Origin: Takakia lepidozioides | Taxonomy: Eukaryota; Plantae; Bryophyta | Direction of reading: 5' to 3' | NCBI GenBank assembly: GCA_030704615.1 | Contig: CM060734.1 | Span: forward strand, 38,750,001 to 38,814,000 | Length of the DNA: 64,000 bases | Part shown: in pieces, positions 24,078 to 37,185 of the stretch | Layout: each line of letters begins with the position of its first letter | How positions within the stretch are numbered: position 1 is the stretch's first letter | Notes under the pieces: generated by a model | What the model saw: the letters and a program-made list of their open reading frames with translations, nothing else | Told to the model about the DNA's origin: nothing | Databases searched by the model: none | Position numbers and translations under genes: made by a program

Positions 24078-25925
24078 GCACGATACCCCTTTTATTGGCC
24101 CTCCCCCCAGGCAGGACTACTCGAGTATTGTAGTGGGGCAGGTAGCCCAGTGGATGGGAGTTTGTATGCATAACCAAGGTGGACTAGGGTTCAAATATCC
24201 GTCTTCCAATAGTTCCTAGTTAGTCTGTCGGATGAAGAGGCACCATAGATACGCCTTACTTCGGATCTTGAGAGTAGACTGATCGCTCGCAGCCTTTGCT
24301 GGCTCTCTCTTAACTTCAGACATAGCTCCTAATTTGTCTAAATCATCTAGAGCTTCTTTTTCAAGCATGGCACTTGTGAAGACCGACATCGTGATGAGAA
24401 GTAATGAAACGTTGTTTGTGGATCACATATACAGCTTCCCCAAGCGACTATAGAGTACCCCACGCTCGGTCTTCAGCCAAAAGTGACGCCTTTTTCAGAA
24501 TGAGGGCCGCTTTATACTAGGGCCCAAGCCTTGGGCCATCCTCAACGGTCATGATCAAACAGTCATGATCACACAAAAGTAGTCTATTTTAATACCAAAC
24601 TTCTTGGGCCCAAGAGCTCAGAGTTGGGTCTCCATTCTAGGAGGGTTCCTTTTTCTTGGTCCGGCCCAACAAGTTGAAGTTTGCACCAAAATTTGTGCCA
24701 TGTAGGCAAATACTCACTTCCATTTTCTTGGGCTCGGGCCGTAGTGTAAAGCCGTTGGGCCCAATTTTCAGGCCTCCGCCAATGGGAATGCTCCATTCTC
24801 ACTTGGTCTTGGGCCCTAGAAGCGGCCCCAAGTTAGAGTGTGCATGGGATAACACTCAACAATGGCCGGGTTACACATGCCTACTTTCTCTTTCCCAAAC
24901 AGCCCTTGCACTTTGTGTTGCTGCTATTTCCTTGGTACCTTGGTAGGTATGATTTAACTCCAACTCAAAGAGGGGCAGTTGGAATGCGATCGTGACAATC
25001 CTAATAAGCACCGGATCAAGGAAACTCACCCTCCCTCCCCAAAGTGCTTCTCTGTTACTGACCCATCAACTGGCTAAATTTTTGTCACACCCATGGCAGC
25101 ACTTACTTACCACTTGATTTCCCAGGCGGCTAGACATCAACGAGGCTGCCAAAAACTCTGTCATTCTTCTCATGAACGTTGGATGCAAGGTGTCCTAGAG
25201 TGTGTGCACGAGACAGTGTCAATTGACCCCATAACCTTGCGCGCAGCAGAGACGACCCAGTTGCACCGATTTGAGTGTAACTCGAATTCGACTCCAGACC
25301 TGCTCCTCCTCCTAGTAGTCCTCCTCGATGTGGGAAATGCAGAAATCAAGTCTGAGCCATAAACTCTCACAAGAGGGGGGTAACGACGTAACGACCAGTG
25401 TTGGGCGGGTATAGATCATCATGATTCACGGGACACATTCACGGGGCAGACTCGATTGTGTGTAAGTATCTTATTATTTGAACAAATCGCAATTTTAATT
25501 GGAGGGGTGGCGAAACAGAAATGGCGATGGGGTGGTCTGTTCCCGCCCGCGCGCAAGAGCGAGAACACGAGAGAGACAGAGAGAGTTGTGGATTGAAGGA
25601 GTTGAGAAAATCAAGAAAGAAAGACGTCAATTACGTCGACAGAGAACAGAAAGAAAACACAGGAACTCCTTGGGTAGTGAAGAGGAAAGGATTTCTTGGA
25701 GAATGATGATGGCTGGCTGGCGCGGACTCCGCCTGTCTCATGCTCCACCGATGGGAGGGGGAGGGCAATTATGCTTCAAGGTTATGAGATGCAGGAGTGG
25801 TTGTTTCATGCTCCGACATTATAGAAGTTGTATTCTCTCTGTCGCATAGAAGGGGTGCTTTATAAGTTTCCGATATAGGCCGACAGTTGAGCTGAATTTC
25901 GTTTCCTGGAATAATAGATAATGGG

Positions 25926-27657
25926 ATGGAGAACTCCGGCCTATCCACCATGGCCAATTTAGACCCCTTGGCTGCGTTAGCCAGTGATACAGATGCGCCT
26001 TCGTTTGGTGTGGAGCAGCTGAAGCATCTTTTTAGGGAGCAGCAAAGGTTTCTTGATTATTTCTTCAAGAATCTTGACTACGAGCAGGTCAGTTATATCG
26101 CCCATTTATTGAACTAAGCGGATTCTAATGACTAGGGGTCGACCGGTTCTAGTTCCATGTTTAGCACACTGATACTTCTGGAATGCACTGCTAGATGTTT
26201 GTTGAGAAACTCTCTGTCTCTGTCTGTCTCTTGGTTTTCTTGGAGATAACTGTCTTTTGTTCTAAGCTCTATTATAAATGTCGCAGGTTTGCCTTATTCA
26301 CTCAATCTGAACAAACTTTTGTTGGGGCTGGAGGCCGAACAGGTACAAGCATTTACCCAGCTCTGCCTCGATACCAAGGGTGTGATTTTCTTCTCAGGAG
26401 TTGGAAAGAGCGGATTCATTGCCCAGAAAACTGCACAGACTTTAGTCTCGACAGGCACAAAGGCTGTCTTTCTGTCTCCTACCGATGCATTACATGGTGA
26501 TATAGGCATCGTGGGGCCCAAGGACACCCTGGTTCTCTTCAGCAAAAGTGGGGCCACAGAAGAGCTCAGTAAACTGGTGCCATGTGCGCGTGCAAAAGGG
26601 GCATACCTTGTCGGAGTCTCCTCCCTCAAGAACTCAAACCTCATGAAACTTTGTGACATGCATGTGTATTTGCCACTAGAGAGAGAGCTCTGCCCATTCG
26701 ATTTGGCTCCAGTAACATCAACTGCAATCCAAATGCTCTTTGGAGACACCGTTGCAATTGCACTGATGCAGGCAAAGAATCTGACACGTGAGCAGTATGC
26801 ACTGAACCATCCGGCTGGCCGCATTGGCAAACGTCTAATTTTCAGAGTGAGTGTCATCCACTTCCTGCTACTACTTTGTCTTTCCCCTGCTCTTCCTCAC
26901 TGAGATTGTCACAAGCAGGTCTCTTTAGCTCTGTGAGGGCCACAGAGCTTCAGCATGGCAAAACTCCAAATGTAATGAGCCCATTCTCTATGTCCCTATT
27001 TTGATTCTTCGCATTCGTACAATACCTCAGGTTTGAATTTCCCCTGACATATTCAGGCAAAATTTTAGGCCTTCCATGTGGAAACCAGCCTCTATTGTTG
27101 GAACTGCCACAATGAAATGCCAGTGAAGATTCATGCAGTTCCATGGATAGCTGCAGGTTCAAGATGTGATGAAAGTAGGGGATGAGCTCCCTCTGTGCAA
27201 AGAGAGTGACTTAATTATGGAGCAACTTGTGGAGCTGAGTGCTAAGGGCTGCGGGTGTCTCATTGTAGTTGATGGATACCGCCGCCTGCTGGGCACCTTC
27301 ACTGATGGTGATCTGAGGCGTACACTCAACACCAACAGGGAGGGCATCTTTCATCTCACAGTTGGGGAAATGTGTAACCGGTATGGATCCTGATTCCACT
27401 TTCTGGGAGGTAGGGGTGGACACTTAGACACAGATATATTGACTATACGTTGGCTAATTCCCTCTTGTTGCACCATTAATTTGTGAATCAATTTCAGGTC
27501 ACCAAGATCAATTACGGCAAATGCCATGGCAGTTGATGCCATGCAAAAGATGGAAGCACCTCCATCCCCTGTCACCTTTTTGCCTGTGATCGACGACTTC
27601 AACAAAGTTGTCATTGGCCTCATTTCTCTCCATGGCCTTGTATCTGCTGGTTTGTGA
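25926..27657 (+). CDS. SETH3: Arabinose-5-phosphate isomerase (KpsF/GutQ family, SIS + 2 CBS domains); 4 exons (25926-26087, 26343-26846, 27157-27380, 27498-27657), ~349 aa
   Basis: [47 protein letters not shown] and the CBS motif [10 protein letters not shown]; ends [12 protein letters not shown] introns are in frame (1050 nt). Confidence 0.93.
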
Positions 27658-28220
27658 AGAACTGGTTGCAATGGCATTTCATGAAGGGAAAAAAATTCAA
27701 AGCTCACATGGAACATCATGGGCTGGGAATATGATGGATACACATTCCTTTCATCTTGCGATGTCAGGGAGGCAGAATACCTCAGAGGGCATGGATACAG
27801 TGTGGTGTGCCTTCGAATACTTGTAAACACGGAGATCTTCTGAAGCATGGAGACACTTCCAAACATGTGGGTGCATCGGTGACACTCAACAACATGGTGC
27901 ATCTTCAAACGGCATCCTCGGAGGGACTAGCAAAAAATCACCACTAAATTGTATTTCAGCATTGACGGTGTTATCGAAGGGGTCCCAATCAGTCTAGTGA
28001 AAGACCTATATAAACATTATCAATTACATAGGAACAGTCTCATTCAATCAAAGATCACTTCACACGATTAGACAAGCTTCCCTTGCACAGATGGCAAAAA
28101 GGGAACTGTAAACATAATTGTAACACCATCAATATTTGAAGGTTGATGTCTCCACACTTCACAATTCCAAGGTATTAGAAAAGATGGAGAAACAGACCCA
28201 TCTACGTAGGAGTCCAGAAG

Positions 28221-31200
28221 CTACCAAGCTTCAACTGGGGTTTGACTTGGTAAACATCCGAAGCCTTTCTCGTAGAGGGAGCCATCACTTCTGATTCGGT
28301 ACAACCCTGAGTCTTTGACAGCAGGTAGTCCCTTCCCAACTGACTTGCTATGTTGGTGGCTATGATGCTGATACTTGTGAGAAGCCTTCTCCAAACCCCT
28401 GTTTACACTTGATTGATGACCCCCAGACACCACACTCTCCCTTCCCCCACTGCGGCTTCTTCGAGAAGAGGTGTGGCCAGCTGCAAGCAAACTTGACCCA
28501 CCTCGTCTGAGAGCTTTGCCTGACCTTTTACTAGCACGATGAGAGAGATGGGTGGCAGTGCCCAATGCAGCTCGAGCCACGCTATCCACTGCAGCATCTC
28601 GTGTAGAGCCAGCCTTCATAGCTTGTTTGTTCAAGTACAAAATGTGGGGAGTCAGCCCAGTAACAAGTTTTCGAAGAGGTTCATCACCAAGGTTTCTATG
28701 AAGGGCATTGCCAAGGAGGTTAAGGGCCTGCACAGAACTGTAGTTTGCAGCCAACTGGCCAATAGACTTGGATGTAGTCAGCTTGTTGATGCTGAGATCC
28801 AAGAAATTCAGCTTCAGTAGGCGATGCAGCCCTTCAATCTCGCTGATCTTGTTTCCTGCCAGGTTAAGCTCCCTTAGGGAACTGCAGTTGCCGAGACCTG
28901 AAAAATAGCACAAGATGAGGTGAGCAAAATTTAGACATCAGAGTTTTGTGAAGCACGACCGTCACCAGCGCTCAACTACTTTGAGACTAAGCAAAGGTAA
29001 TACTTGGGAGACAAGAAAATACCATGCAATAATCCTTGAAATATCCCGTGGATCAGAACCCCTGTACATAAACTAAATAGTCACAATCGCGGCATGGCAG
29101 GCACAGCTAAAAATCATTTAGATCCATGATCTGAAACAGCAAATCAGTCTGCCTCACCTCCTCACCACGACTAAGAAACAACCATCAATGACAAAATTAT
29201 GAATGGAGAACACAACATACCATGTCCAATCCGGGAGAGGCGATTGAATGACAAGTTAAGCACGCGCAGACGAGTGAGTTCTCGAAGCCCTTCGATTACC
29301 GCAATCTTGTTGTGTGAGAGATCCAGTGAGTGCAGACTTCTTGGAAGACATCCAGGAACTATGCGCACTGAAGACACACATCTTCACTCAGTATACACAC
29401 CATAACCACGTGTACATATAACGCAGGAGAGATGATGGCTTCTGCAAAATGTTGAACAAAATCAAACCAATACCTCACAAACCCTGAGATTGGTGAAGCC
29501 TCCTCCTGAGGGGCTCTCTAGGTGATGGTCTAGGTAACATCTCCCACCATCGAAGTGGGCAAACTGTTGTTTGACACTGTATGCAGAACCTATATAATAC
29601 TAGAATATGCCATCATACTAATATCTGGTAAACCGATAACAAGGTGTAAGTGCTAGCATTCCAGTGTGACGCAATACAATCAAACAACCTATAGCAACCA
29701 AACTGAGGCTTACCTATAGCATTTCCTGAGAGGTTCAAGCTGTTCAAGCTGTAGAGAAATCCAAGAGGTGGAACAGTTTTCAACCCCACACTTGCAAAAT
29801 TTATTACTGAGGATGAGGAATTCACAGCACGAGCCATCATGCTTGCCATTTCAACATCTCCATCCATTAGCGGATCACCATGGTGCTCCTTGTGCTCAAC
29901 TAGCCCAGCTCCATCTGCATGCAGCTGATCAGCTGACCATGATTTCATGCTGGAAAAGGAAATTGCTTGTGCTGCAGCTGGGTCTGATCCTTCACCTGCC
30001 TTAGATTCCATTTCCATGTCTTCATCAACAGCTGTTGCCACAATGTCAATACTCCTCAGCCACTCCTCCACATGGCTGAGATCAGATTTTGCAAGATTCA
30101 AATATTTCAATTCCTTTCCTTTACCCAGTGTAGACATTCTTCTGGAAGGGGGCACAGCAAGAGGTTGCACAACCTGAGACAGACTTGCACTGTTCTCAGA
30201 CTTGATTTCTCCTTCCTCCAGATCAACAGCCTTGCTTGCCCCAGAGGTATCCACAAATAGCACTGCATCCTTCATAGGAGAAGCCCCATTTGATTCCATC
30301 TCATACTGAACTGGGGGAAGGCCTTTCAAAAACACCCTGGAAATTCCACCACTGCAACATTCAATATCCGTGCCATAGCCCGTGACTGGATTTGACATTG
30401 CTCCCTCACCAGGCTTGGAAGTATGAGTTGTCATCCCCTTCATGTTCTTCACATCCCGGTGGATATTCCGATGTGTAGCAAGAAATACTCTCCACCAGGG
30501 TTTGCACTTCTGCAATGATAACTCTTGCTTGGAAAACTTGACATCAAGTATCATCTCATTCCCATCCCGGAGAGTGCTTTCGGAGTGTGGACTGTTCTGG
30601 ATAGCAATGCCTGCTTTCAACAGCTGACTGTTTGAATCCTTGCTGCTGCGACCTGCAGTGGAGCCACTATGACAGGACTCTGAAATCACCAAGTTCCCTG
30701 TTAGGGTGATTGCCATCTCGCTCAAGCGCCCTTCACTGCGTGTGTCTTCTATTCCAATATTTTCGGACTGGTGACTTGAATGATGGTGTGGAAGAAACAT
30801 TGGACTGCATGCCAGTCCTAGATCTTGTGCATTATAGAGTCCTGGATCACTGACATAGTCACCACAGATTTCTCCATCTGAGAAGTGTTGACACCCCCCC
30901 GCATCAGACCTTGAAGCATCGTTAGATTGAGTTTCATAGTATTTGACAGTCTCATTGTCCAGAAGCTGAACTGAAGCCCCATCTTCTCCAGCAAGTTCTG
31001 CGCTTCGTTCTGACAATTCCCTCAACTCTGCTGTACCTGCATGATATATAGTTCCCTTAGACTACACTTTCCATAAATATGAAGAGTACATGCACTGCCA
31101 AATACATGCACAGTATGCAGTACACCAGTGCTGTGCTTGACGCCTTACAACTTCTCCTGTCCCTTATTAATCCGAGGAAACAGACAAATATTATCTCACC

Positions 31201-32011
31201 ATCCCAATGCCTACACTTTTACTTTGCAAAGGGAGAGCCAGTGGCTTATATAATCTCTAACAACAACACCACAGATATAGGGCTCACCTGCGGACTCGTC
31301 ATCCTCATCACCTCCTTCGTAGGCCACTTCTCCAACAGCATCAGTGTTCACTGGCTTTTTTGGTCCAGAATTTCCAAACCTTTCTTCCCCCAAACCAACC
31401 TCGTTTAAGTTGACGGTAGTATACTCAACAGCAACAGCTGTGTTTTCTTTCATGAGGTTGGAAGAGAGGGGGTCATTTTGCACCGACCATACAGACACTT
31501 TGCCTTCATTTCCCCACTCCGCCATGGAAGGAGCTGTGGATAGTGTTGATGTATTGCTAACAGGAACCTTCATAGCTGCATTAAAGGTTGACGAATCTTT
31601 CATATGCTCCTGGCAACACCCTTTCTCCAAATTGGCCTCAAAGGACAGCATCTCTCTCTCAAAGGAATTCATGTTCTCCACTCCTTCCACTACTGTACAC
31701 TGCCAGCCACGAGATCAAACACTGGATCAATATAACAAGTCTGCTAAAGAGATATGCAAGTGATTGCATGTGGACAGCAGAATATTTATTGCCTGTACAG
31801 AAACTACACAGCTTGGTTCAAATAAGCACCTCTATCCACAACAGAAGCTAGAACTCCCAAACAACTTGGCAGTACTCAGTGAGTCCATGAGGTGCAAACT
31901 CCACCTGAATGCAAAGATGAAATGCAGGTTACATACATAAGTGCACAGATAGTATACCTTATCCTTGTTTTTTCGCCTGAACATAGCTTTCAGACATGTA
32001 ATTTTTGCCAT
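28221..32011 (-). CDS. Leucine-rich-repeat protein (SDS22/outer-arm dynein light chain 1-like plant family); 5 exons (32011-31958, 31699-31288, 31036-29714, 29367-29221, 28897-28221), ~870 aa
   Basis: LRRs LNLSGNAI, LDLSHNKI, LNLSFNRL, LNLAGNKISEIEGLHRLLKL and GQLAANY..LNLLGN follow a long disordered N-terminus. The exon chain stays in frame (2613 nt). The first exon is less certain. Confidence 0.85.
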
Positions 32012-35000
32012 CTTCCAAAATTTCCCAATCTTCTAGGATTTGGCACTGAATGCTGCGAGACCAAAGTCCCCCTTCAGAATCCACAGCCTGCCCTGGCAGA
32101 TGCACAAAGCAACACCGCTGAATCTTCGGAAAGATAGTTGGCTCCCTTCGTTAAGGTTGAACTGTCTTTTTCTCCAGGTAGATGCCACATACAACACACC
32201 TTTTCTCCCCTAAGATGTTGAGATGAGAACATCCGGTATTTGCTGCACGTGCCCTAGAGTTCAGAGACCAGATACTAAATCGAGTGAACAGGGGTGTGAG
32301 ATCGAGTACAGCAGCCCGAGACCAGCACCGGAAAGGTAAAATAGTCTACATTGATAGTGCTCTTCACATTTCACTGTTGGTATATTAGCCGTAGTCTACG
32401 GACAATCCCTGCACCATGCGGCAGGCCCTCCAGATTTGGGAGTGTCTCCCCTTTTGAGGGGCAACACGGGCTGGGCAGAAGCCAGTTCGTCCCCACACCT
32501 GCTTACAGGTGCCAGAACGGTATGCTGTAGAGGCGGCCAGAGTGAACTATCAGAATCACGACAAGTTTCTGCGCCTCCCTCCGTGGTCTTTACCTTGATC
32601 CACTGCAACACACCATAACCTAACGTTAGATACAGGAGGAAACTTGAGTACAGAGGAGAGGTTGCCTCGTAGAACCCTCCGAAAACGGAGACTCTTTGCC
32701 GTCAAACAAATAACATCAGCGACAGATGAAAAAATCTCAAAACAACTTTCAGAGGTGAAGAGAGTGTGCATCAATTGTTCACAACCTTACAACCTCAATC
32801 CCCTCGCAAAAATTGGGCAATCAATCGAGAATCCAAGCCAGAGCGCCAGAGATCACCCGAGCTACAGAGTGGCGAGTTCTTACCACACTTATCCGAGTTG
32901 CAGACAGTTGGCAGCACAAAACATCTCAATACGCCAGCCTCCCCATATAATAAGGAGAAATCCGAGAGAAGGACGAGGGAAGAGGCAGGGCGAACAGACG
33001 GGAGAGCCCAAAGGGTGAGAGCTCGGAGCATTAAATAGGCGAGACGGCAACAGAGCGCCTCCGAGATAGCCGTGGGAGAGAGACGGCCCCCCTTCTTTGG
33101 CTCCCAATTTTTAGCCTCAAAAAGGAAGATAGAAAAACAAAAAGAAATGCTATATAATTTATTTCCGTTTGTGTCTCAGGGTGATCCTGGGCTCAATCCT
33201 TCAACAAGTCCTCCAACCACGAAGGAAAATAATAGCACCCATTTACTGCTATGCAAATTGAAGAGGTTAACTTCCCCCACTTTTCGCCCCAACCAACAGC
33301 CTGAAACAAAATGACCTTGTATTATTTTAGGGAAAATATACAAAACAAATCCCTACCTTTCACCTAAAAAATACAACCCCCAAACAAATACACACATTTA
33401 TTTTACTTCTTACAAGCGATTAACCCCTTCCAATATTTCCCAAATGATCCAACATTCCGTTGAAGGACAGCAAGGGTGACAGGTGGCTGGCATGTGTGCA
33501 GTTGGGCCACCACCTACTTGTAAGCATGGGAGCCAGCAAGTGTTACTACTTTTATAAATTATTAATTTTAATTTTAATTTAATAATTTATTTATTACTAT
33601 ATAATTAATTAGCCGGTGAGTCTCTACAGATGGATCCTCAGTAACGGCCAACTGTCCTCAGTCCTCCAATACTGTCAATCCACATTTGCTGGTTCAAAGA
33701 GAGCCTATCCATAAAAGGCACTTCTGTCCCCTTTAAGGGAAAAAAAAAGAAAAAAGAAAAAAACTTCTGCATTGGGGTCACCAGTCACCACATCTTTGTG
33801 TGGTTAACTTAGTTTTGCCCGCCTCCAGCATTTTTTTTTTCATTTAAGAACTTGAGCCACGTTGGCTCCCGGTTGGCCTATGAGGAAAATCAATTGGCGA
33901 CTCCGTGGCATGTGATCTCTAACCAGTGGCTGTCAAGAATGTTTGATGAGTTTATGCGAACTCAACTCATGTAGTGTTCGTAACAACGACACTGCATCTT
34001 GCAAAGCCTAGCACAACTATGTCACATGGATACAATCCATTGACAAATATGACTAATCTTGTGCAAGATCAGAAAAGCCTCGTCTGTGCCAGTGTGGAGG
34101 TGCATGACACGATGAGAGTTCCCTCCATAGCTAGACCCCTTGGTGAAAGTGGGAAGAGTTTGAACCCAAGGCTTTGCTCCTTGCGCTGCAGGGTGGTAGG
34201 GTTTCTAGAAATCTATAGGCAAGATCATCCGGATCTAACGAACCCAAATAGCATGTGCTCTTTCCATGTGCGACAGTTGTACAGGCGGCGTCCTCATTGC
34301 AGCGACATGATGGCATTAGGGAGGGCAATAATGCGAAACAGTGCCATATTTTAACCCATAATTCCTTTGTAAATTTAGTGAGGCCAATTTCTGGATCGAA
34401 AAGTGGGGAAATCTTGCGCATAAAAAAAAAACCCCACTGGGCTCCATCCCTTTCAACCTCCAAAATGAATTTCCCTCTAAAAAACGTTTTGAAAAAAAGG
34501 GTAAAAAATAGAAACTTCTAAAATCCTACAGACGGACACCCATACCATATCGCACTCAACTACCGCTGTTGTCTGTGGTCCATGTGCTGAGTAAAGTAGG
34601 GCCACCTACTCAGGACACTAGGTAGTGGCAGTTGTAGCAGCAGTGGGTCACTAGTCACTACCAATGGAAGCCAATGGATGGGTGCATATTAGCAGGGGCC
34701 TACAGGCAACACTGATATATGGACCTTTGCGGCGGCTGGGGTGTAAGGTTCACGTGTGGCCGTCTTGGTGAAAAGCTTGCGGAACGTGGGCACGACCCAG
34801 TACTATCCTCGTATGGATGCCTTATTGGTGCCTTCTTACACCATCCACCAGTCAGCCGTCCGGTCTGGTTTGATATTACAACGGTTGGGCACTCAATATA
34901 CGAACTAGGGTCCACATTCCTGTTGGAAGGCAGTAGCTCTTTGGGATCAAACCTTGGGGTCGCATACTTTTCTTTTATGGCTTGGGTAGCCTGCGCTGGG

Positions 35001-35423
35001 AGGTCGAGTTATCCATGGACTCACTCATACAACACATATGCCATTTCAATTGGTCATATATTGGGAAAAGGCAAGACTGCTTTGGTAACGAGAACACGGC
35101 GAGCCTGGTCGCAAAAGCAATGCTGGGAGCCACAAAGAAAAAGACCCGACAACAACAACATGCTACTTACCGATCATTGTCCCAAGTAGCTACTTACATA
35201 AAACAGCGCACTTCTGTGAAGGGCCTTCCGTGTAGGACTCGTACATAGGTGCCTAGCAGCTACCGCCTGGCCCGGTCACCCACACGGAGCCCACCAGAAA
35301 GGCTGGACGTACGAACGTACCACCGTCCAGCGTCGTAGTCCCTTTCAACTGCACTCTCATCCAAAACCTGTGCAGTTGTGCCCAACAATATATATAAATA
35401 AAAAACCCAATTAGGTGGGATAA

Positions 35424-35497
35424 TCCGTTGTAGCCTAGATGGATACGATACGGGGCACGTTCCTAAGCAACCGTGTGTTCGAATCCCGGAATCGGTA
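35424..35497 (+). pseudogene. Degenerate tRNA-derived sequence (tRNA-Glu-like pseudogene or SINE head)
   Basis: TCCGTTGTAGCCTAGATGG 5' end and A box like plant tRNA-Glu, GTTCGAATCCCGG T-arm/B box, ~74 nt. The acceptor and anticodon stems are mismatched. Confidence 0.55.
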
Positions 35498-37185
35498 GCT
35501 CCGAATATGATGTCCCTTTTTCATTCTGCATTTGGTGGATTACACCCCAGATTGTTTCGGTGTGGTGTCAATGCTTATGATGAACCTTATAGAGATAGCC
35601 TGAGAGATCTGCTTCTCTTTCCTGCACAAGTTTTGTGGACCAGATAACCCTTCTGATCTTGCAGCTGAAAGACAAGGTTGTGCAGGCTGAATCTGCACAT
35701 ATTGACACGATCATGTTTGCTTTGGACCGTCTTTTGAGGCTGCAATTTCAAGTTGCATATCCTCCACTCATCCTGCAGCCCTGTACATTATGGCTGATTT
35801 GCTCCCCCAGACTGTCATGGTGTCGGACCGAACATATCAGTTATTCAGCACCTTTGGACGAGGGAATGATTCACAGTTCACTTTGGTTCTGCTTTGACCG
35901 TTTGGAAGGACTCTCTCCCCGTCTTGGGAGATCACCGGTTGAAGGCGAAGAGGGGGATGTCAACTGGCGGCACCGTCGTGCTAGGGATTCAAAGCGTGAA
36001 ACACAGATTGTCCAGCAGCTATATTTCACAGTTGAACGGGTGCCCATGTCCTTCAGCGGTGCACCCCATTTTGATTCACCTTTGGAATCGAAAGAGGCCT
36101 ATATTGGATTCCCCCCATAATGACGGTCCCTTGGAAATTCTACGGTCTTTTCTTAAGACAGGATGCAGAGGATGCTCATACATGACGTCTGTGAGGCTTG
36201 TGCATTTTTCAACTGAGGAAAGAAAAAGGAATTTAATATCAAGTCTGAATGAAGAACGTGCCTGTCCACAGAGTGATAGGCTCTTCTTTTGTGACCAAGC
36301 TGTGAAGGCTTGTTGAAGTGGCGGTGGTAACTAGTGCTGCTGTGTCCGATTTGGGAGAGTGATAACTCATAACCTCGAGGATAACGGCCTTGCTGCAGTG
36401 TTTCACTCAGATTGACATATGGGTTACATGGAAACATTTCTCGCACCATTTCCTTTTGAAAAAAGGGTCACCGGGTGGTTTCCCCTCTGTAAGCCTTCAC
36501 CGCCCTGATTGGTGGTTATTTTTTCCACCTCCTGCAATGCAATTCCGGTGCACCACTCCACTTTCTCCAAAAAGGGGGGGGGGAAGATTCTTTGCTGTCT
36601 ATGTCGCTCTGTTATCTATCTATTAGGTGGGTAAGTTTTAGTCCCCTTTGGCTTAGAGAAGACCCTAGAGAGGTGGGGATCACAAGTTTCTTTCCACCCT
36701 GTCCAGATAAGACATGCAGGAAGCTGCAAGGCATTCGAAAGAGACTTACAATCTGTGCTCGTAGTTCCTAACGAAACATAGGTTGGGAGGAGAAAATAAG
36801 GAAACAATCAGTGGTAATGCATCGTGAATGATCAACTTCCTCCAAATCGAAGGCCCCCTGCAATTGCAGCCAACTTTAATCTGTCTCCTCTATACTGTAT
36901 ACTCTCTACATATCTTTATTGAGTACATTTTCTTTGCAAGGCAACCTGCAAGGTCTCAGCAGAGACAACCTCCTTGGAAGTGTCTGCACCTCCTTGAGAA
37001 CCTTCACAGGAAAAGAATATAGGGAGATATACCACCTGCCACAAAAGATGCTGCAGTGAGTGAGCTGCAGTTGGTGATGCCATGCTGTTGCATTCAAATA
37101 TCGTTCTGCTTCCAAAAGTAACAAATTATGAGCTTTCTGCCCTCATGTTGGAATGATGCACTTACGTTCGTGCATGTTACTTTAT

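Noticed and set aside
24500-24830. Cluster of TGGGCC/GGCCCA site-II-like motifs
   Set aside because: It lies more than 1 kb from the SETH3 start and may be TE-derived; function cannot be supported from sequence alone.
35424-35497. Functional tRNA gene
   Set aside because: The acceptor and anticodon stems do not pair properly; kept only as a pseudogene or SINE relic.
33300-37100. Intergenic ORFs such as 34719..35189 and 35635..36120
   Set aside because: No motif recognised; they could be UTR, non-coding RNA or decayed TE but this is unsupported.
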